Origin: Rhizodiscina lignyota | Taxonomy: Eukaryota | Reading direction: 5' to 3' | Length of the DNA stretch: 64,000 nucleotides | Assembly (NCBI GenBank): GCA_010015805.1 | Contig: ML978128.1 | Coordinates: forward strand, 930,001 to 994,000 | Shown here: positions 49,674 through 62,589 of the stretch, piece after piece | Numbering within the stretch: the first letter of the stretch is position 1 | How the letters are laid out: every line of letters starts with the position of its first letter | Notes under the pieces: generated by a model | Database searches by the model: none | The model's input: the letters and a program-made list of their open reading frames with translations, nothing else | Told to the model about the DNA's origin: nothing | Translations under genes and position numbers: made by a program

Positions 49674-51521
49674 TCAGGCAAGCCTCCACCTTTCATGCCT
49701 CACCCGCCCAGCCAATTCTTCTCGTCCCGAATCACCCCAATCTCTTACTGTGTGACAAGTGCCCATAAAACGAAAGGTGGGGAACTCTTCTCTCCCCTCT
49801 TTAACAGATTCTAAAGGTCGAAATACTTGAAAATTATCCCACTCATCGTATAATTCATCCCCGGAGAGCGCCCCAGGCGGGCCAAGAAGAGGTAAAACGG
49901 GGTACTGATAAAAGTTCACCGAAGCCTCTAAGTCGAGCTCGACGAGACACAATCTTCCACCGGCGATCGCTTCAATGATATCCCTCCGTCCAATCATAGT
50001 CCTTGGTGTACTGGCTGATGAGTTTACTCCCCGTGATGCGGTATACCGTGCTATATCCATCATCCGTTTCACAACCATCTCATCATCATCCTCCTCCATA
50101 AACAACATCGGGCCATCCACAGACCCGATATATTTATAGAACATACCAGCAAGTCCGGTACTAATGTATCCAGTTGGTACCCTGATACCCATGTTCGAGA
50201 GCCATATTTTAGCATCTTTGATCCGTTGCAATAAAGTCGACGAAGTAACTTCCCGTGATGCGCCAACAGAAAAGTTCTCGCTCGTCCAGCGAAGTGTACC
50301 GACCTTGGTAATTGCGTCATGACCCTGGATATATCTGCCGTGGTCTTGGAGAGTGAACAGAGTAGCATCCCCGAAAGATGGTGTCCTAGGGAGATGGTAT
50401 TCCATAGGAGAATGCCAGTTAGGGACCCAGAAGGGTAATTGCCAGCTCCCCAAGTTCTGCTGAACTCCAGCCGAGAATTCCAACAGTCTTCCGACCAGCA
50501 CAGTGTCGAGAATTCCTCCGCCATTCGCGTGGTTACCAGCGCTGGGGTCTTTTTGGATAAATTGCTTCGCAACTGCATGGAACAAGTCCTCCGCGGATTT
50601 GCTTTTATCGTAATAGTCGGAGAGGTCAAAGCGATGTCTATCCTGCGCCATCCCGAGTAAAGCGAATACCCTGTCCCGTGGATCGGAGCACTCGAAATCA
50701 GCGAGTGCGTTCAGCATTGCAACTAAAGAAACGTCATAAGACTCATTATAATAATCCAGGCGAGAACCAAGGCCAGATAACTGGGACGACGTTGCTTCAA
50801 GTTCGCAAACAGATACAGCGTTAGTCAGAGTCGGTCCAATTCCGGGTGGGAATTCCTTAGAGAGAGCGCTTTGAACGCTGCCAATACCATCTCTGAAAAC
50901 TCCCCACTGGATTGTGAGATGGCCACATCGAATCGTTTTCCTTTTACTCAAAGCGACCTCTTGAAGGATCCAGCGTCGTTGGAACCATGGACGTTGCAGT
51001 GGGTACAGCATAGACTCCAGGGAATCAGGATAGGAAGATAAATCAAGTCGGTTGGAAGAGTCAACCCGGCGAGAGCAGTTCTCGCATAGAGCAAATAATT
51101 TTGAATCATTCTCCCTCTCTTCACCTAACCAAATATGACACTTGCGTGCCAAACGGTATATCTCGCCCATAGCGTAAACTTGCCTGCCCTTCTCTTTTGC
51201 ATCATCCTGGTTAAGGCAAATAGCATCGATCCAAAGATTCCTTCTCTTTAGACCCTTCCGGACATGCCTGAGAAAAGAGTCTACTGTCGAAGTGATGAGG
51301 ATTCGCGTCCCGTGGCACTCGAGCGTGCATGTCGGTCTTTGACCCTCCCAAGCATAGGAAACTGCCTCGTACATTTCATGCTTCGATCCAATGTTATCAC
51401 GGTCGATGTGATAGATGTCGCAACGCAAAGGGTCCTCAGAACTCAGCGCCGGGTGAAGTTCCAGTACGCGCACCGTATGATCGTTCTCGAGAGGGCGGTA
51501 TTGATAATCTGGGAGAACCAT
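49674..51521 (-). CDS. HET-domain (heterokaryon incompatibility, het-6-like) protein
   Basis: YRPL..VRVLEL, YEAVSYAW, LWIDAICLNQDD..EK..QV..MGEIY..A, PWFQRRWILQEV, CSDPRDRVFALLG, PFWVPNW. Confidence 0.93.
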   Translation of the reverse strand: MVLPDYQYRPLENDHTVRVLELHPALSSEDPLRCDIYHIDRDNIGSKHEMYEAVSYAWEGQRPTCTLECHGTRILITSTVDSFLRHVRKGLKRRNLWIDAICLNQDDAKEKGRQVYAMGEIYRLARKCHIWLGEERENDSKLFALCENCSRRVDSSNRLDLSSYPDSLESMLYPLQRPWFQRRWILQEVALSKRKTIRCGHLTIQWGVFRDGIGSVQSALSKEFPPGIGPTLTNAVSVCELEATSSQLSGLGSRLDYYNESYDVSLVAMLNALADFECSDPRDRVFALLGMAQDRHRFDLSDYYDKSKSAEDLFHAVAKQFIQKDPSAGNHANGGGILDTVLVGRLLEFSAGVQQNLGSWQLPFWVPNWHSPMEYHLPRTPSFGDATLFTLQDHGRYIQGHDAITKVGTLRWTSENFSVGASREVTSSTLLQRIKDAKIWLSNMGIRVPTGYISTGLAGMFYKYIGSVDGPMLFMEEDDDEMVVKRMMDIARYTASRGVNSSASTPRTMIGRRDIIEAIAGGRLCLVELDLEASVNFYQYPVLPLLGPPGALSGDELYDEWDNFQVFRPLESVKEGREEFPTFRFMGTCHTVRDWGDSGREELAGRVRHERWRLA

Positions 51522-51769
51522 GGTAATCCTGTTTTCTTTTCTAAAAAGTGACGGTATCTAAAATCCAATATGCTCACAGGATGACAAAAGAGAGTGTCAA
51601 GGCAGAAGTATAAGGAAAATCGTTCTCAGCCTTGCGGCGTGGGGTTCGATGTTGTCGATGCAAGCGTCTGAATCCGGAATAGTGCGCCGAAATATCTTTT
51701 TGGGAATGAAGAAATGCAACAAAATTAAGAATGCGTCAGGAAGGTATATTGAAGAGTATCTACCTGCGA

Positions 51770-52010
51770 CAAGTGTATATGTAAGTTCTCTACAAACTGG
51801 CTGTATATATGGTTTCTAAACGGCTATACTCGCTAGCAGTAGCTTAGTTACGTCGATCTCTATAGGAAGCTCCTATACTACTATATAGGCGTTATTAGCT
51901 TCTAAGATTAGCTTTCTTCTCTAATTCGACTATTAGTTCGATATAAAATAATTATTAGAGTAGATTTTAGCTATCTCTTAGTGTAACCACTATAGTCGCT
52001 AATTTACGCG
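51770..52010. repeat. AT/TpA-rich RIP-like repeat relic
   Basis: ~240 bp rich in TAG/TAA/TAT with few CpA/TpG, between the HET gene and the Zn2Cys6 gene. Confidence 0.6.
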
Positions 52011-52210
52011 GCGTTCTAACGTGTCGTCCCTATTGGGTTTAGTGCCGCCTGGTTGGGTTTGGCGCCCGTGCTATCCACCCCGTTCGATCCGTCGACGAGG
52101 TGTATAAACCGCTAGTGCGTCGCTCGACGACCACCGCGCTCTTGCATTCGCAGTTTATGCCCTGATCGTCCACGCCATTGCAGGCTACAACAAATGCCCC
52201 TCCCCCTTCA

Positions 52211-54682
52211 ATGAATACTTCTGGTAGCGAGCCACAGAGGGCGGGAGAAACCGGGAAACGTGCCCTCAAAGCCAACAAGGCATGTGTGCCCTGCCGTGTA
52301 CGCAAGGTCAAGTGCGATGCCGCCGTGATTGGCCTCCCCTGCAGCAGCTGTACCAGCAGGCAGTGTGCTAAGAACTGTTTACTGCCGGTCCGTAAGGGTC
52401 GGACCAGGTGAGTTTAGGACGGTTCATGGTTCATGGTTCATTAGGTGCGTGCTAACATAGATGGTCCTCATAGGAAAGTAATACATGCTTTACCGATTCC
52501 TAGCCATGTACGAGTATACTTTAGATGATTGGCATTGTCCCAGCTGCTTCTCTTCTCCGCGTTTTCTTCTGCTCCTTCGGTGATTCTTTAGAATCCCCAC
52601 TAACCGTTGCCAGACTACAGGCCCGGAGCAATCTTCCACTTCCGATCACCTGGACTGCCAAAGCCCACGTCAGACTGAGCCAGATCTGCTCTACCTCAAT
52701 ATCCTAAACGATGCCGTGAAAGAAACTACAGAATCCAGTCGATACCACACCACCTCCAGTACACCCTACCGTCCAAGGCCGGAAGACAGTTTTAATCCTC
52801 GGAACTGTCTATGGGCCAAGTTACCCCAATTGGACGACATTGACAATGAATATCTTGTCAAGAAGGGTGTCTTTGATCTACCTCCTCCACGTCAATTGTG
52901 AGACAATCTTGAATCCTCCATCCTCCATCTTCTTTGGGTCTTCGTCTTCATTCTACTCACAGACAAAAACAACAGAGATGCCCTCATTAAGACATTTTTT
53001 GACCACGTCTACCCTTTTGCTCCCGTAATCAACAGAGCTGATTTCATTCGTGGCTATCAATCCGGCGACTGCTCGTTGTTCCTGCTCCGCGCCATATTGG
53101 CACCAGCCAGTCTCCATGCGCCAGCAGATGTGCTATCCGCCTGCGGCTTTGCCAGCCGCTCGGCCGCGCAAGAGTCGTTCTTCTCTAAGGCCAAGCTGCT
53201 CCACGACTTTGCCGCTGAAGATGACCCGTTGTTGATGCTGCAGGGATCCATCATCTTGTGCATGGTGATTCTCGACCACCCCACCGACCAGGACTTTGGC
53301 TACTGGTTCCACAACGCGATCCGTCTTGCCACCAAGCTTGACCTACGCAGCACGTGCGTTTCCTACCCCTGAACTGTGACACCTGTGACATGTATTGCGG
53401 GTACTAACTGCGTACGGACTCTCCCACAGGTGTGTTCAAGAAGACAAACCCCGCAAAGTCTTAAAGTTGTACAGAAGGATCTGGTGGGCTCTCTACGTAC
53501 GTCCCTCTTCTCGTCACCGCGTTCTGTTCTTCCTGCTTTATGCTTACTATAGCTACGTAGTCTTTAGACATTTTCCACGTCTTTGTCAACACCAGACGCT
53601 CGCGACTACTCGAAAATACCTCCGGGATCAAGCCTAGGACGGAAGATGACTGGGAAGCGGAGGATGTCTCGGGAGTATCATCCGGCTTGCTATCGGCGGT
53701 CACGCCCCAGCAAAAAGCCTTGCCTGTTGTCTACTGCGAGTTATCTCGAATATGTGCGTGTTGGTCCTATTTGATTCTTTGTTCTTATTCCTTTTTATTT
53801 CTATTTTCAATCTGTAACTGATACCACAAGCATGACTAACTCTATTTAGTCGGACAGTGTTTGTCCATTGTGACAAGCAAGCCACAGCAGGATCCTCGCC
53901 AAATGATGCACCCACTCGATGCATGGCGCACGTCTCTCGCTGCCAAGATGCACGTGGGTGGGAATGCTGGAACTGACGTGTACTATCTGAATGTACAAGC
54001 CATGAGCTACAGGTTTGAGTGCATCCTGTGTCGTCTGATACGACGCTGTTGGCAGCAGCCCCGACATGCGGACTGGAGCGAGTGGGCCAAACAGCGGCTT
54101 CGGTCCGCTATTCTGGAGTTGGACACGATTGCCATGAGGGTGTTGGCGAGTGGTACCCTTCAGGACTTTCCCATATCTTTGTAGGTGCCGTCCATTTCTT
54201 CCCATTTTCCCATTTTCCAGACATGCTCTATACAACGCACTAATGGAACTAACAATGGCCTTGTCAGCGTAACCACAATAACTGCGCTGCTCGCTCTACA
54301 CATCGAATCGGCCCTCGATCCAGCCGAGACAGACCTCGTCCGTTCCATGGCTCGGATATCCATCAGCCAGACAATGCTTGTTCTCACCCAGGGAAAAGAA
54401 ATACCCGCCCTGAAAAGAGCGCTGCCCGTATTTGAGGAGATTCTTGTCAAGAAAAATCTGTACTTGGTTCCGCCCGACATTCTCGGTCAAGTACCTACGC
54501 AGTCGCAATCACAAGACAACAGCATAGCGGACGCGTACGCTTCGCCGCACACACAGGTCAGCGCAGTTTCGTCTCAATTGGAGCAGTATGAGAATAATCT
54601 GTCGTTCGATATGGATTTCCTAGGATTTGATTTCTTGGACGAGTGGCAGATTGGGCAACTGGATTTTACTGGTCGATATTGA
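52211..54682 (+). CDS. Zn(II)2Cys6 transcription factor with fungal-specific TF middle domain
   Basis: ACVPCRVRKVKCDAAVIGLPCSSCTSRQCAKNC; YLVKKGVFDLPP, F.DHVYPFAPVIN, LYRRIWWALY; many short introns; acidic C-terminus. Confidence 0.9.
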
Positions 54683-54907
54683 CATGGGTTTCCCAAGAAC
54701 AGGCGGCCTCGAGGCACACGCATTATCTGGGGCAATGTTAACCGTATGAGAATCTATTGGCACACGGAGCTTGTCGATTCATCCTTCCCCCCTGCAACCT
54801 TCCCGTCGTTCAGTCGCAATAATACAACCTAGGCCATTGCAGTAGCCATCTTGTTCGCTTTAGACTAAGATGAGAAATATATGACTAGGTGGCCTCCACT
54901 AAACAAC

Positions 54908-56703
54908 CTATTCAGCCTCCTTCTCTGGCCCATTTGGCTCACCTCCAATCACGACGACGTGCCGACGACGCATCATCTCCAGCACCTTTGCTGCTTCGGA
55001 AGCATACTTGCACTTGGAGCGTATCTGCGGACCGTACTTGTGGAATAGAAACGGGAAAGGCAGGCACCCAAGCACCAGGAACGCAGGAATGGAGCTCGCC
55101 CATTGATTTCCAAGATTCTCGTACATTCGGGTGGTAAACAGCGGAAACGCGGTGCCGAACAAGGACCGAAGCATCGTGTTGGCCGCCAGCACAGAAGCAG
55201 CATAGACGACATCTGTACACAGGTGAGCATGTGCATTGTTGCAGAGGATCACGAAGTAAGAATCAAAACGTACAAGAGTCGACCAGATAGCTCAACAGCG
55301 AGATGAAGACCATGACAAGTCCACACGAGAAAAATATAGCGCCGATAATGGGCACGATCCAGTGCACCGACGGATACGTCGTCCACGCAAACAGGAACAG
55401 GCCAATCGGAAGGACAATGGCGCCTGCCATGGCCGTACCCAGTCTGGCTTCTGGCTCGACTGCGCGTCCCTCTGCCTCAGCCGCCGCGCACAGGCGCACG
55501 TAGCGCTTGTTGTCCACGCCGGCCGCCAGCGTGGCAAGACAGACGCCAATGGCGACGCCGACAAACGGAAGTCCGGCGATGCCCTGGCTCCAGCCTCGAG
55601 CAACTTGGAAGATGATGGGAAACCCGGCAAAGAACATGTACAGTGTGCCGTAGACGATAGCGATGTACAGCGACGTCAGCAAGACAATGGGTTCGCAGAA
55701 CAGTAGGATCCAGGGCCGTGTGAAAGAGACTGAGAGCTCCTGCGAGAGTGTCTTGGGCGGCTGTCCCGCATCGAGCCGGGACACATATACGCTTCCTGTC
55801 ATCCGGGAGAGGGCCTTGGCTCGACATCGCAGAATGAACGGCGCGTATGTTTCGCGGGTGGCCAGTGTCGTGGCAATCCAGATCACACCGCCCAGTATGG
55901 CGATCAAACCGAGAATCCAGCGCCAGCCCTGGGTCTCCCCAAGAAAACCACCGACAATGGGCCCTAAAAAAAAATTTGATAAGAATCAGCAAGTGTACAA
56001 GAGCAACAATGGCAAAAATGGCAGCATGGAAGAAGGACATCCACCACCTACCAAGTGCAGGCCCCAGAAAGGGAGCCGTGACAAACAATCCCGTCGCCAG
56101 TCCACGCTCTGCCCTGCTGAACATGTCGGCAATGACGCCCCCGGCATTCGTCATCGACGAAGAGCCAAACGCGCTCGCAAAGAAGCGAAGAACCAGCAAG
56201 CCGGTGATGTTGGGCGCGCACGCCGCCGCCACACTGAACGCCGTGTACGCCGTGTACGAAATCACAAAGATGGACTTGCGCCCGTACACCTCCGACAGAG
56301 GCGCCCAGATCAGCGGTCCCAGGGCGAACCCCAACACGAAGAGCGACAAGCCCAGCGAGGCCACCTCCTCGGACACGTCAAAGCGCCGCGTGACGCCTTC
56401 GATGCCGCTGACGTACACCGAACTGGCAAAGGTCACCGCAAACGTGGACAGAGACTGGAGAACGGCAATGGCCCATTTTCTCCCCTTGGAAAAATTCATG
56501 GCGTCTTGGCGGTCGTTGTTCAGGTAATCGACAATGTAGGGGTCGTCGTCTGTGCCGTTGCCGGCGTAATTCTGGTTGCAGACATCGTCGTCGAGGCGCG
56601 TACGGAGGAGAAGAGATCGGATCCAGGACATGCGTCGGGAGGAGTCCTTGACTCGATGGGGGACGTCGTCGTTGGAGACAGCGGGCTCGGGAAGGACGGT
56701 CAT
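54908..56703 (-). CDS. MFS drug:H+ antiporter (DHA1 family)
   Basis: [60 protein letters not shown]; two introns. Confidence 0.94.
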
Positions 56704-58137
56704 GATGAGAACGATACCTGTGTCGAGATTCAAGATGCGGACGGAGGAAAACCAACGAGTTTTTATACTTAGCCATCTTGTCACAGTGAGTAGAAAATCG
56801 TGCTCGCCGTTATATAATTCACCTCGGAAATTTGGATTCGGAGTTTCAGCGTGGTGGTCGGCCATAGCTGGTGGTCGGCCATAGCTGCGTGGGCAATATT
56901 GGCGAGAAACTAAGCCCGCGGCATTATCTACGGAACTATAAAAAATTCTCTTGGCATGACAAAGTCGGGTGATGCTCGCGGAATACGACGTCAAAATACA
57001 CTGTAAAATGAGATTCTATCATTTTGTAAGATCATATTAGAGGACACCATCTCGTTCGTCACATTGCGTCGTGTTCACTGCAGATGTGAGTGTCTGACAA
57101 AAGGACCTCTCTAACCACCTGGTGTCGTAAGCGAGAGACGTCGGAGTTAAGACCAACTACCAAAAGTGGGTTGACTTAGCCTATGACGGTCACGGCACTG
57201 GCCAAGAGTACACGTGAAGTGCTCCTATGCTAAGTGAGAAGAGCAGAATTTATTAAGTCCAATCGCTTTTACGTGATTAGACTTTATATAGATTTACGAT
57301 GCTCAGAACAGGAAACTGAGAGGTTATGAAACACAGTGAACTTTCAGAAGCAAAAAAACAAGCATAAGTTGTGAGATGGAAAGCGCCCCCTTGTGCAGGC
57401 TCGAGATGATACTATTGCGAGGATGGTGATTGTGTAGTCCACTCCATACTCTTCATTGGGAGATGGGCCAGGGGGATGGAGAAGTACCCGCAGATCAGCC
57501 GAACTGGAGGCTTGACGCACCCAGCCACACGGTGCCTTTAGGCACGAAGCGCCTAAAATCTGGGTACAGCACCTTGGCCGAGCTGTGGGCCGTGGCCTTT
57601 GCAAAGACCAATCGACAGAGGTCCTTGCACTAGCGAAGAAGTTGCATTTCGATTGCGGCACTGGCGCCTCTTTTTGATCGCAAGCGGCTGAACAATGGAC
57701 CAATCTCTGTTCCAAGACGTCGTTCCTGCGATAAGAGAGCGGAACTCGACATCCAGCGCGGAAAGTCATGCTCAATATCTTCGATGACGCCTTGAGGCAT
57801 AGGAATGAGCTTCGAATGAAGATTGCCAAGCAAGTTTTGATCGATCATGAAAAGAGCAAAGAGGGCTTTGCGAGGATTGAAAGTACCCGCATCTGGACAG
57901 ACGCGAGTCAGCTTTTTATGTGTCAAACTTACGTCGTCACTTACGTCGTACCTCGGATTTCCAATTCTGACAAACATGCCATATCTTTAGTTTTTCCGTG
58001 CATGAGATCTCCTCTTTTGCCTTCACCGCATTAGTAGTAGTGCTCAATCACGAGGCCAACCGCAGAAATGTCAAGCTGGCAGATCACTCCGCAAAGCAAG
58101 CTGGTCGAAGGCGTTTCCAAGACAGCGGTCATTGAAA

Positions 58138-58803
58138 ATGGCTTTCCCAAAGCGTCTCAAGAGCCTCCTCCATTCGAAGAGCCAAAAGAAGACGACTCCC
58201 CCCGTCTCCAGGGTAGTGAGCTGTGATCTACATCATGAACGTGAGCTCGGAATTCTACCGCCTCCCCGCGATCTCATAGCTCAATGGGAAGAGCTTCGTC
58301 GTGAGACGCGAGAGAGATTTGATGAGGACGAAAATCCGCCACCTGGACGCGAGACACCTCAAGCGTCGGTCTACCAGATCTACGTGTATCTTATACTAAA
58401 TCTCATCGAGTTTGTGCATCTCGAGGCGGCTCATTTCCGTCGCATGAATTGGTCTGTCTGCAACATCCCGGATCCGCATGATAGAAATCCTGAGCGACTT
58501 GCGATGGTTGCATGTATCACCAAACTTCTCGTCCCAATCATGAATGAGCGGCACCATGGGAGCTCATCTCAACAAATTCATCAAAGTGCTGGAAACACCT
58601 CTTCGGAAGAAGAACAATCTGGAGCAGAAGAGGAGCTTCCAGAATGGGCATTGGAAGTTGGATCCCTGGCCGATACCCTAATTGTGCCTTTTTGGGACAC
58701 TGCTCGACAGAAGGCAGCCACACTGTTGTCCCTTCAAGACGACAGGGCTTGGCCTGAGTTTAAAGAATTCAACATCCTTATCAAACGTCATGAGTTATTA
58801 TGA
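58138..58803 (+). CDS. Uncharacterised fungal protein
   Basis: ATG ORF of 221 aa with WSVCNIPDPHDRNPERLAMVAC and EELPEWA motifs; resembles an unnamed ascomycete family (from memory). Confidence 0.65.
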   Translation: MAFPKRLKSLLHSKSQKKTTPPVSRVVSCDLHHERELGILPPPRDLIAQWEELRRETRERFDEDENPPPGRETPQASVYQIYVYLILNLIEFVHLEAAHFRRMNWSVCNIPDPHDRNPERLAMVACITKLLVPIMNERHHGSSSQQIHQSAGNTSSEEEQSGAEEELPEWALEVGSLADTLIVPFWDTARQKAATLLSLQDDRAWPEFKEFNILIKRHELL

Positions 58804-58816
58804 ACGTCAATCCTTA

Positions 58817-60611
58817 TCAGTCATCCCGCTTTCCGGCCACGACTCCAGAAATGGATTCTGCCACTCTCTCCCGCCGCTCCTGGGCCGCCAAGTCAAGGAT
58901 GGTACCGGTCTCCGGGCCTGTGTACTGTCTTCTCCCGGTAGTGAACCATGTCACAAGCGCAATAACGATGCAGACACCGACAGCAGCGGAGGTGTAGTTC
59001 ATGTCTTCCGAGTTGACGGGGTATGTCGATGGGAAGTTGAACGTGATGCAGGCTAGCCGGTTAGTACGGTATTCCAGAGCTAAAAGCATACGATTGCCGA
59101 TAACTTACTGAATGCCAAATAGAGAAGGCCAAGGATGTTCACGATCATGCCTGCTCTCCCAAGCGAGTATTCGCCACCTACTAGATCCTTTTGCTGGTAT
59201 TCCGCATTTGAGGATATACGGCGCCAGATGCGAGTTACCAGGGGCATAATATACGACAGATCTAAAACCATAATGTAATCAGCATACGCATCCTCGGAAA
59301 CGACACCACAGGTCCTCCAAAGGTGCGAGACGACTTACAAAACCCCTCCGTGGAGATTGCCAGCACAGTATTGAACCCTGTAATGGACCCGAAGTATATC
59401 GACATCAACGCCATATTGATGACGAGTACGAGCAGAATGGAAGCGGTCGGCACGTGTCTCTTCTTATCGACTTTCTTAAAAAATGACGAAAATGGAAGAC
59501 CATTATCGCGAGCGAACGAAAAGACGACGCGAGAGCTTTGTGCGAACAGAAATGCCAAGCTGACGAGAGCGATTATGGTTATGCAGATAGTCAATGCCAG
59601 AGTTGCAGCCAGCGAGTTGGTAGCGTCGTAGATGATCTGGATCAAGGGTACTCCTGTGGCAGAAGTCGCTGCTGTGTTGATGTCGGTAATACAGAAGCAG
59701 AGAGCGATAAGAAAGAAAAATCCTGTAACTGTGCCGATCCAGACGGCCCAAATAATAGCTTTCGGGGCGTCTCTTTTGGCGTCTGCGAGTTCTTCTGTCA
59801 TATGGGCCGTTGCATCATCTATCCTTGTATTAGAACAGGTTCCACTATACTGCTCTGAAAAACACTCACATCCAGTCATGCCAAAGGCACTTTGAAGTAG
59901 GCCGAGGAGCCCAGCATACGAATTCGGAAAGCCAGTGAAGTTCTGGAAATCTTTGAAGACAAATCGAGCATCTTGCTTATGATCATCCATCGCAAGGACG
60001 ACCACAATAACCACAACGAATGAGAGAAGATTGAATATGATCATGATTCGACCCATTTTCTCAAGCAGATGCCGACCGTAGATATTGACCAGGGCCGCGA
60101 TGATGAGCACCAAGTACGCGACAAGACATGTATGCCACCGTTCGATTGTGTAAGACGGATTTGCGAGCTGAGCGAGTCCCAGGACAAAGTCCGCTCCAAT
60201 AAATCCATTCGCAGCGCCAGCAGACAGGAAGCCGATTACCAGAAACCAGCCGCAAACGTAACTCATTCCACGTGCAAGCTTTGGAGGTGCCAGCATCGCC
60301 ACCCACGAATATTGTCCTCCAGCAATCGGATATGCCGAGCATATTTCAGCGAACGAGTATGCTACACACATCGAACCAGCGCAGACACCAAGCCAACCCC
60401 AGATGATCACTGGAGGACCACCGGCGAGAATTCCGACTACGAGAGAGCCTCCGAGGGCAGTCCAGCAAGTCAATACACTGAACGCGAATCCGATCATACC
60501 AAACAAGGTAAAAGACCGCTTAAGCTCTTGCTGATAGCCGAAGCTCTCCAACTGGAGCTCATCACGCATGCTCGCCGACTCCGGAATCGTCTCTTCCGTG
60601 GGCATCACCAT
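58817..60611 (-). CDS. Amino acid/choline/GABA permease (APC superfamily)
   Basis: GYQQELKRSF, AEICSAYPIAGGQY, DATAHMTEE, SRVVFSFARDNGLPFS, MNYTSAAVG; three introns. Confidence 0.93.
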
Positions 60612-61284
60612 TTTGGCGGTAGAATTGGAAAGGACGCCTTGAACGCAAATGAAATGGAAGACTGAAGTTCTCCATTGTAAACGAAGTCGGCATGCATATG
60701 TACGGGAAGCAGAGGAACGGCCCAGACCTTGCACTACTCACCAGTAACTGAAGCATAATCCCGGACGACCATCAACCTGCCACCCATTGATGTGATCGCC
60801 TGCACACTGCCGAGATAAGGATTCGTACTGCGTGGAACAGTGCGGTGAGATCTCAGCCGTCTCCTATCTCATCCGGTGGTCGGAGTACAAGCGCACACCA
60901 CCATTGTTGATCTGACATCTCTGTACTGATATCCGCGGTTCTGCAAGGTGCCTTGTGTTGAAAGTCGCTGGCGATTGGATGTGGTTGTTTAATGTGGGGA
61001 GAAAGCTTGGGGAAGCTTGGCTTGATAGCCCCTGCCACTCGGTCTTTGAAAGGCGCTTTTCCATATTGGGCTAGTCGGGGGCTAGTCGGGGGCTATCTTT
61101 TACCTTCCTTTTTTTGAAGAGAATGTCCATTGTTAGGTAATCCCCGACGAAAGAGCACAAACCTAGCGAGCAGAGAGGATTACGATGAATTGGGACGCCG
61201 AAGCTTCCATGCCGGCCTGCCGAAGGGCGGTGATGAGGCTCACCTTCGCCATTGCTTCGTGGGCAGCACTGAATATTGGCTATC

Positions 61285-62555
61285 ATGGCAGCTAAAACTC
61301 CAGTTTGGCTAGATGTTGATACGGGTATGTGCAAATCCAGGCATTTTTCTCAAGCTAAGACTAATAGGAGAAGTGATCAGGGCACGATGTAAGCTACTTG
61401 TCTCTCGACTTCAACTCGACAAACCCACTGATCCGTATCAAAGGACGTCTTTGCCATTCTCCTTACGGGACATCATCCATCATTAAATCTCATAGGCATT
61501 ACCTCTACTCATGGCAATGCTGCAACAATAAACACTACTGCAAATACAAGTAGTGTCCTAACAGCCATCGGACGAAAAGATGTCACCGTCTACCCTGGCA
61601 CTTCCCACCCTTTCTGTAGACCGGAAGTCGATTCTCCTCTCTCGGAAATCCATGGACCCACGGGACTCTCTGGCACGACGCTCATCCCACCACCCGAGGC
61701 GCCAATATCAAAGGAGAATGCCATTCTGGCGATGCGGAATGCCATAATGTCCACACCACCAGGCACGGCGTGGATCGTGGCCACTGGCTCTATGACCAAT
61801 CCAGCGCTCTGCTTCGCAGTCTTCCCCGAAGTGGCATCTCACATTGCCGGACTCAGCATCATGGGCGGTGCGGTAGGCGGAGGCTTCACGGACATCGAAA
61901 CCGGCACGTCCGTGGTCATAGGCAAAGATGGCGAAGAAGAGGCCTTCGGCAACGAGACTCCGTGGGCTGAGTTCAACATCTACGTGGATCCAGAGAGCGC
62001 CAGGTCGATATTCATTAACCCGGTTCTGGCTAACAAGACTACGCTGATCAGTCTGGACCTGACGCATCAATGTCTTGCAACGCGAAAGGTGCGGGAATTC
62101 TTACTCCACGGAGCTACGGGGTCTCCAGAGGGCAAGGAGCCATCACGACTACGGAGGTTGAACGAGGAGATTCTCGCTCACTTTGCATCCTCATACGAAG
62201 AGTTCTTTGAAATGAGCAGAGGGCGTAAGATCGCATGCTGTTATCAGGGAAGCCATGGACTGACTAGAAACCAGCACCGTTACACGACCCGCTCGCTGTG
62301 GCCGCAATCTTCGGCTTCGAGAACGACGCCATTTTTCCAGACGATGGTGCACGCTATTCCGTTAGCGTCGTAACTGCGGGAGAGCATGGAACTTCAGACG
62401 AAGTCAGAGGGCAAGTCGGCAGGACAGTAGTCACTAAGCTGCCTGATGGCTCAAGCGGTGGTGTCCGAATACCACGAAAGCTCAATGTCGACGCCTTTTG
62501 GAAGATGTTGGAGCAATGCTACTCTATTGCAGAAGCCAACGGAGCTATGCTATAG
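61285..62555 (+). CDS. Inosine/uridine-preferring nucleoside hydrolase (Urh1-like)
   Basis: PVWLDVDT|GHD|DVFA (8-9 nt micro-exon near 61381), HGN, IHGPTGL, ATGSMTN, MGG, AEFNIYVDPE, PLHDP. Confidence 0.92.
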
Positions 62556-62589
62556 ACCGACTCGACCTGTCTAGACTCTTCTTGTAAAT

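Noticed and set aside
61067..61097. Short tandem GGGCTAGTCGG and similar micro-duplications (47893, 52421)
   Set aside because: Ordinary slippage duplications with no evident function.
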